Source of the DNA: Octopus vulgaris
Taxonomy: Eukaryota
DNA: 64,000 nucleotides
Direction: 5' to 3'
Assembly: GCA_951406725.2 (NCBI GenBank)
Contig: OX597832.1
Span: forward strand, 28,272,001 to 28,336,000
Shown: one piece after another, positions 28,505 to 37,600 of the stretch
Position numbering within the stretch: the first letter of the stretch is position 1
Layout: every line of letters begins with the position of its first letter
Translations under genes and position numbers: made by a program
The notes under the pieces: model-generated
Told to the model about the DNA's origin: nothing
Database searches by the model: none
The model's input: only the letters and a program-made list of their open reading frames with translations

Positions 28505-30521
28505 TATATATATATGATATATATATTATATATTCTAATGTGTCTGGGGAGAGTCATTTTCCTTTAGGGCCTTATAATTTAACACACTCACTGGTAAAAT
28601 TTCCACTTACTTCTGTTTTTTATTTCTCTAAAACTTTCATTGCGTCTTGCAACCTTTTCAATAGTTTTGACTCAAAACTATTGAAAAGGTTGCAAGACAC
28701 AACGAAAATTTTAGGAAAATAAAAATAAGAAAAAAAAGTGGAAATTTTACCAGTGAGTGTGTTAAATTATAAGGCCCTAAAGGAAAACTACTCTCCCCAG
28801 ACACAACAGTATATGCTTCAACACACGAACTCATATAAAGAATCTTGCAAACCAAATCCACAAACGAAAAATATTACATATTGTTTATTATTTAATTGAA
28901 CATGCTGCATCCATTTCCAAGTGTATATATATATATATATATATATTGATGCTACTTACCATTAACAGAATGACCACAATGGATGTTGTATAATTAAAGA
29001 TCTTCAAGCAGGAAGGAACATAAGGTTCTTCTGTCTGCAAAGAGAAAACAAAGAATTTACTGCAACAGAATTACCTGAAGGAAGAAAAAAAAGGTAAAAA
29101 CATGTTGAAACATATTTCCTAACACATGAGGATTTGGTAATTCCTTGCTGAAACAACCACACGAGTGATTTGCTTCTGACGATCGGTCAAATGTTTGTGT
29201 TGCCCCTAAGCTCACTGGCACCATCAAATTGACATTGCCTTTACAGGTGCAACAGGTGTGCCATACGTCAGGTGTCAAAATGATCACAGAGCAACGTGGT
29301 CCAGGAACAGAAATCACAATCTTATGATCCCAAGTCCAACACCCTTAACCACTAAGCCACGTGCCTCTACAGTCATCCCTATTGATAGTCAACAATAACA
29401 AAATCCATAAATGACAATGACTAACACTGACCAACAGATTGTTCCCCACCAATAATATAAACACCATAAAAACCCATGTAATTTGTGCACCTGTGTAATT
29501 TACACAGGTGGTTTTCAGTATAAAATTTGTTAAAAAAGGCTTCTACTCATGTAAAATTTGCACCCACAGGTTTTCAGAATTGCCAATATGGCCAGTGGGA
29601 AAAGGTTTTCAATTTAGTTGTATTTAAAATAATTTCACTTACATATGCTTAGATTTTATTAAATTTTCATTAAATAAAAATAATTTGTTTAACAGGTATC
29701 ACGTTGAAAGCTATTAAATTACAAAGTGTTTGTGTTGTTTATAATAAACTTTATTTTACATTTCTTGCCCACAAGAGATTATGTCCGATCTTTAGACATT
29801 CTTCTGAATGTCTTCTCAAATCACGATTATAGGTAAAGTTGTAAAGAATTACCAACAAAACCAAAGCTGATAAATACGCACAGGTGTTGCAAATTAAGTT
29901 TAATTACCAATAAACATTAATGGTTTTAGTAAATTAATATGGAAAAAGTAAGCATTATACTATCCAGCATAAATAAAAGTCAACTTCATCATATTTCAGC
30001 CCTTATTTTTTTGTATAAAAACCTATTCTGACATTAAACAAGGTAACTTCTGGTAGGAATGTTTACATTTTGTACATTTTTTCTCAACAAAAAAAAACAC
30101 ATTTCTAAAAAAATTAATGTAATTTATGCAGCTCTAAAGTTTATTTTTATTTTTGCAGGAAAAAGTGCGTAAATTCCATGGGTTTTTAAGGGAGCTGAAA
30201 CTGGGTCTTACTTACCTCGGTGACAGGGTTTTCCCGAGTGGTTGTAACCGTAGATTCAAATTCTGGGCGAACAGTTTCCTGTGAGAAAAGATCAGAAAAT
30301 ATGTCTTTAACAAATTATTGATGAGGGAACTACGGAAGAGAGTTTGAGTTCACATAACATAACCCAGTTATATGTCTGGGAGGAAGACATCTTTCCAGAC
30401 AATGGAATCAATGGAATAAGAATCAAGGTGTGCTGGATGGACTACCACATAGACATTGTGTTATCATATGATACACTAAGGATAGATAACACTAAATATA
30501 TACATAACATGAAACTCAGAG

Positions 30522-30554
<33 letters not shown>

Positions 30555-32799
30555 GTATGTATACACATATATACATACATACATATATATATATATCTAC
30601 ATACACATACATACACACATACACACACTCACTACATTGTTTAAAAGCCTCACTGGGTCCTTGGTGGGTGGTTTTAATAATAGAGCGAAGATGCTACCTG
30701 ATTTAAAACCCCAACCTGGTCTTTAACTCTCTTCTTGGGGTTCCTCTTTTGTATCAAATTCCTAGTTTCTTCTCTACAAATGTTTTTTTTCCTGGGGATT
30801 GACCCCATCTAACTGAGGAGGAAGAGGAGAAAATGCAAAGGGTTATGGATTTGTCCTTTCCTCCATAACTGACTGTCAATGTCCTACTGGATACTCTTAT
30901 TAGCAAAAATATTTAAACAGTTTAAGAGGTATCAATGTTTGGTGAAGGACACAAAGGGACCAACCCCTCTCTTAAAATAGTGGGTGAGTCAACATATTGA
31001 ATGCGGGAGAGAGAGAGAGAGAGTACAAGAGGAATGAGACAGAGATTACAATACAAGTGGAATGAAACACAGAGTACAAGAGAAATGTGACTCAGAGGGT
31101 ACAAGAGGTATGAAACAGATTATGAAAGAAATGAGACAGAGAGAGTTTAAAAAGAATGAAACACTGTGCAAGAAGAATGAGACACAGAGTACAAGAAGAA
31201 TGAAACAGTTTACAATAGAAACATCCTCAATCTTCTCTCTTAAAGAGTTGGGAGTACCAGTTCCTTGTATAAGGAGTAAAGAATAAGTGAAGAAAATAAG
31301 AAAGCAAACGAACCTCCTCTTCCTCAAAATTCGAAATATCCCAGTCATAACCAATTTCATTCTGTTGACGTTTCCACAGCTCAATGAAAAACATTGCTGA
31401 AACACAGTGAAAAGAAAACACATTGTAAAACCTGACTGAATTGTGTGGTGGGTGGAAGGTGGATTCAGTAGAATGTCCAGTGAAGGAGAAGTACTTTGTG
31501 TGTAACAGAAACTAACCAGTAAATGGAGAAATATTTCCTTTCCATGGCACAACAGAAATGGTCCAGTCTCTTACACAACACCAATATTTTCAGGAAACCT
31601 TATCCAGTTTCTGATACAAGACATTCCATTGAATTCAAAAATGGAAAGTATTCCAAGGAATACCTGCAGAACAGTGAGAATCAAAACCATATCTATTCCT
31701 TGTCAAAACATTCTGGCAGATTTGAATATGAAGATCTGATTCCAGTTTGAATCTGCTAGAATTTTTTGAGAATGAATAGGTGTGTTATTGTTTGGATTCT
31801 TGCAGCTCATGAATTATCACTGGTTTGCCAGACATTAGTATGCATCCGTTAATGATCTGTAAACAATTTAGTTATTTATATTCTTTAATTAAGTAATGAT
31901 CCATTAAGTAACATGTAGGCGGAAAGCTTGCACGAAACATTAGCACACCGGGCAAAATTCTTAGCAGTATTTCGTCTGCCATTACGTTCTGTGTTCAAGT
32001 TCCACCACGGTCGATTTTGCATTTCATCCTTTCGGGGTCAATACATTAAGTAACAGTTATGCACTGGGGTCGATGTAATCGACTTAATCCCTTTGTCTGC
32101 CAATTTCTATAAACAAAAAGACCCATGCTCTTGTTAGATCCATCAGTCCTGTGGTGTAGCTATGACTGAGGAGAGACATAATGAGGTCAAAACATTGCAG
32201 TGTTTCAAAGTGGGGGGTCTCCTTCTCTGATGACAAAATATCAACAGTGATCAGACATTCACATTCAAAAATGCCAGAACATGTCAAAAATGAATCAATG
32301 CATTATTGTTTGGGTTCTCACCATTCTGCATACAACCAATTAATTATTATCCGTTTGCCAGATGTCAGGTGATAATTGCATCAGGTGATAATTTGTATGC
32401 TGATTTCTATAAACAAAAACCAGTACACTTGTTAGTTTAATTGGTTCAAGAGTAGCTTTGACTGAGGAGACATACAAAAGGGTTGAAACCGTTCAGTGTC
32501 TTAAAGTCCTCATATACAGGTGAATCATATATGTTATGAAAATAATTTGTCTAAAAGATGAGATATTTGGCTTTGACTCTGCTAGAATGCATTAAAAATG
32601 GACAGATAAGTCATTGACATAAAAAAATACAAAAAAAAATTGAAAAAAAGAAAAAAATGATTGAAGCATGTGTAAAGACATGTGTGTATTTGCACATGTG
32701 TACACATGAGTATACATGTAAAATCTTCATGTGTTCCCATGAGGTACACAATGTATATGTCTGTGAATATATATCTCCATGTGTATGATTGTGGTTGTG

Positions 32800-32851
<52 letters not shown>

Positions 32852-33512
32852 TAGGTATATGCAAATGTGCATACATGTGTATACATACATGTACATGTGT
32901 ACACATGCCAATATATGTACATGCACTTCACATTGGGCATGTGTGTGTGTGTTTATACTTACACCATACTGACATAAACGCCGCAAAAAACACGGTTGCC
33001 GGGTTATCGATAAGATACGACGTCCGAGCATAGTAGCAGACTGTCTCTAATTTCCAGTATCGGCACAATTCATCACAGAGGGGACACATGGTGAGGTTAC
33101 CAGATTTATCAAAGCTGCAGATATCAGAACTGGGGGGAGAGAAAACATCAAAGCATTAGTGGACAATAACACAAAGAATATATACACATTTATCCATTTT
33201 TTTTTAAGATGACAGTAACTTCAAATATAAGGCTTTTTAAAGTGTATGTATATATATATATATTCATACAGATATACATGCATACATGCATACATTATGT
33301 GTTTCTGCAAACTTGGTGCATTCATAGAACATACTCTTGTTTTTTAGCAGATGAATCTCCTTGTGGTCTATGCTCTCAGTTTGCAGAAATACAATTGTGT
33401 CCCGGCACAATACTTATATATATATATATATATATATATATCATTGTATATACCCTGAATTGGTTGTATTCAAACTATACATACATCAGACACACACACA
33501 CACATATATATT

Positions 33513-33600
<88 letters not shown>

Positions 33601-34605
33601 GAGTTATGTTCATTCCCAGTCACTGTTTGCACAAACTATACTCAACTGGAACAAGTTAAAATGAAGAAGATTACCTTGGAATATCCTTCATCATTGTTGC
33701 CAGACCATAGATGAACACCACAACACCGACAAAGCCTGCTGGAATCAACATCTGCGTGTAGAACGCCAGCCATGCAAAGTATATTCCTATTTTTTCTCCA
33801 AAATAGCTTCTGAAAAACGAAAGTGGTGGAAATATAAATTAATATAATCGAAATCAAATTGAACCAGCCAGGATCCCTGGTCTGGTGGTACGTAAAAAGC
33901 ACTATCCAACTCGTGGCCGATGCCAGCGCCACCTCGACTGGCTTCCGTGCCGGTGGCACGTAAAATACACCAATCCGACCGTGGCCGTTGCCAGCCTCAT
34001 CTGGCACCTGTGCAGGTGGCACGTAAAAAGCACCCACTACACTCACGGAGTGGTTGGCGTTAGGAAGGGCATCCAGCTGTAGAAACATTGCTAGATAAGA
34101 CTGGAGCCTGGTGCAGCCTTCTGGCTTCCCAGATCCCCGGTCGAACCGTCCAACCCATGCTAGCATGGAAAACAAACGTTAAACGATGATGATGATGATA
34201 TGTGTGTGTGTATATATATATGTATACATACATACATAGACTTTATACATGTTCCAGAGTCCTTATGAATCAGTTTACATCCTCTTTATCATCCTCTTCA
34301 TTCGGACTTTGCAAGTACATTTACGGACTTACATTTTTTATATATTTATTTTTATGAATTTTTATGCGTCTGTAAATATTTATGTCTCTTTTCTCTTTTA
34401 CTTGTTTCAGTCATTTGACTGCGGCCATGCTGGAGCACTGCCTTTAATCGAGCAACTCGACCCCGGGGACTTATTCTTTTGTAAGCCCAGTACTTATTCT
34501 ATCGGTCTCTTTTGCCGAACCGCTAAGTGACGGGGACATAAACGCACCAGCATCAGTTGTCAAGCAATGCTAGGAGGACAAACACACACACACAAACACA
34601 CACAC

Positions 34606-34646
<41 letters not shown>

Positions 34647-37600
34647 TACGACGGGCTTCTTTTCAGTTTCCGTCTACCAAATCCACTCACAAGGCTTTGG
34701 TCAGCCCGAGGCTATAGTAGAAGACATTTGCCCAAGGTTCCACGCAGTGGGACTGAACCCGGAACATGTGGTTGGTAAGCCACTCCTACCACACAGCCAC
34801 TCCTACAATTTTTATATATTTATAAATTTTTGTGTATATGCATGTATTCATAAATTCTTAGAAATTTTTATATATATCATATAGATGAATGCATCTATGT
34901 ATGTACCTTGTATACCATGGAGAATTTCGTTAATATGGATTGAATGAATATACACATCGGTTTTTGAATTTGGTTTCTCCTCTCCTTAATTTTATATTCC
35001 TGAAGCTCAATCAGAGCGCTAATCGGTTGAGCTGTATAAAGTGGATATCTATATCACATTTTTTGTCATTGTTCTACACACACACACACAAATTTTTTCT
35101 TTGTCCATCATTTTGAATTCAAGTTTTGTCCCCATTAACATTCTAGGGAGATGGTCACCCCCTAGGGCCGCCCTACCTTATTGTAAAGACGTAGGGACCC
35201 CCGCCACTACAACAGAGATATCTTCCATAACTGAAGCAATGAATGAATGAATTCTTCTTACCTGATCGCATCCAATGGCTGCTTTTTGTACCACATTTTT
35301 GGTCTGGCCCACATTTCATAGAGTAACTGGACAATGGAGATACCGATGAGAGACAGAGAGAGAGAAATAGGGAGAGAAAAAGAAAAAAAGAGAGAGAGAT
35401 TGTATTATTATCTTTATATATAAAAGAGAGGTTGTGTGTGTCTGTCTCCTACGATTTAGATTCCTAACTACTCCCACATTTTGCGGTGCAGTTTAACCAA
35501 AACCGGGTATCTTATAGTTGTGATTCATATCGAGCCCTTCTGGGTATTAGTGCACGTCTACGATGAGTCTACGATTTAAAAAAAAAATTTACCATCATTT
35601 TTTCCCATTTTTAATGCATTTTTTTGCTATTATATAAGGGAAGTAACTCTCTAAAAATGCTTATATAATTATTTCCCTTACAAACCCGAGCAACGCTGGG
35701 CGATACTGCTAGTTGAATATAAAAGATCTTTACGTATGTGTCTATGGTTTGTGATAACACAGGCACATATGTACATAAATGCACACACAAACATGAATGT
35801 ATATACCACACACACACACACAGAGTTCTGCACAACCATATCCACCCTATAAGAGATCCCCACCCCTCCAGCCGATATATATACACTACAACCACACCCC
35901 ATGCTAAGAAGACGCCTTCAGGTGACAGGTTGATAATATGTACACACTCAATATATATTCAAGAAATGACAACTTAATTAATATATAATTGCAGTTTAAT
36001 TAACAGACACCTTTTAGTTTGGAGTTGGTGTGGCAGTAGAGGTGTGTGGTTGCATATGTGTACCAGAGTGTGTGTATACATGCATCTGTACAGGTGTGTT
36101 TATGTATAAATGTGTGTGTGAATACATGCATCTGTACAGGTGTTTTTATGTACCAATGTGTATATGTGCATGTGTGTGTGTGTATACATGCATCTGTACA
36201 GGTGTGTTTATGTACCAATGTGTATGTGTGCGTGCGTGTGTGTGTGTGTGTGCGTGTGTGTGTGTATACATGCATCTGTACAGGTGTGTTTATGTACCAA
36301 TGTGTATGTGTGTGTGTGTGTGCATGCATGTGTGTATATGCATGTGTGTGTGTGTGTGCATGCATGTGTGTATATGCATGTGTGTGTGTTTCTGTGTGTC
36401 ACAGACTTACATAGCATGTACCAGTTCGAATTTAAAGCAAGTACATCCCCACCTCCGTTTTTTAGGGACGTAGTGGAAATGTTAAGCAAGATTCTCAAGT
36501 CCCCCATGCTTACCTAGGTAAATTAGGAGAAGTATTGGACAGAAACATGAGTCTGGTGCACCACTGTGCAACAGATTTGAACCTGAGACTCCAGGTTATA
36601 CTCAAACTATTCAGCTCTTACAACTTAAAAATATACAGAAAAATAGGAACCAAAGGAAGTACCTCAATGTGGTAGCATAATTCGCTTGAAATAGCAGCTA
36701 AATCGCCCTCAAATCACACAAAACAATCTTAAAATAATTTATGTAATGGATTATATTGTTCTTTGTGTGCAAATCAATGATAGGGTCATGTTTGGAACAA
36801 CTTTATTGGTTCCTGACCTTGGGCTAAAACAACAATAATCATTATAACAATCACATTTAATAATGTAGCCCAAGGCACATCAAATAAAATATAGGATGGT
36901 CACAGTTGGAAGAGCTTTGATTAGAGGTCTGCTGGATCACTACTAACCAAGGGTTAAACAACAAGGGCAGCAGCAACAGCAGCAACAACAACAAGAACAA
37001 CAACAAGAATAACAACAACGGAAATGACGGTTTGGATACGTACATGTCGAGGATTTCTTGGTCCGGTTGCATATATTGAGTCCTCATAGTAATATGGCCC
37101 CTGGAAGGGGAAAAAAAAAGAGAAATAAGATATAACACATATAGGTGCAGGTGTGGCTGTATGTTAAGAAGTTTGCTTCCCAACCACATGGTTCTGGGTT
37201 CAGTCCCCCCGTGTGGCACCTTGGCCAAGTGTCTTCTACCATAGCCTCGGGCCGACCAAAGCCTTGTGAGTGGATTTGGTAGACGGAAACTGAAATAAGT
37301 CCGTCGTATATATGTATCATCATCATCATCATCATCATTTAACGTCTGTTTTCCGCGCTAGCACGGGTTGGACGGTTCGACCGGGTCTGGGGAGCCAGGG
37401 GCTGCTCCAGGCTTCAGTCTGATCTGGCAGTGTTTCTACAGCTGGATGCCCTTCCTAACGCCAACCACTCCGCGAGTGTAGTGGGTGCTTTTACGTGCCA
37501 CCTGCACAGGTGCCAGAGGGGTCTGGCATCGGCCACGATCGGTTGGTGCTTTTTATGTGCCACCGGCACAGAAGCCAGTTGAGGCGGGGCTGGCATCGGC

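Noticed and set aside
30442-30480. YDNTMSMW resembling the DN...MSVW exon end (possible duplicated exon)
   Set aside because: Too short, followed by a stop, lacking good splice sites, and out of order relative to the real exon
36069-36310. Repeat-spacer-like pattern
   Set aside because: The spacers are only variable (GT)n; this is a compound minisatellite
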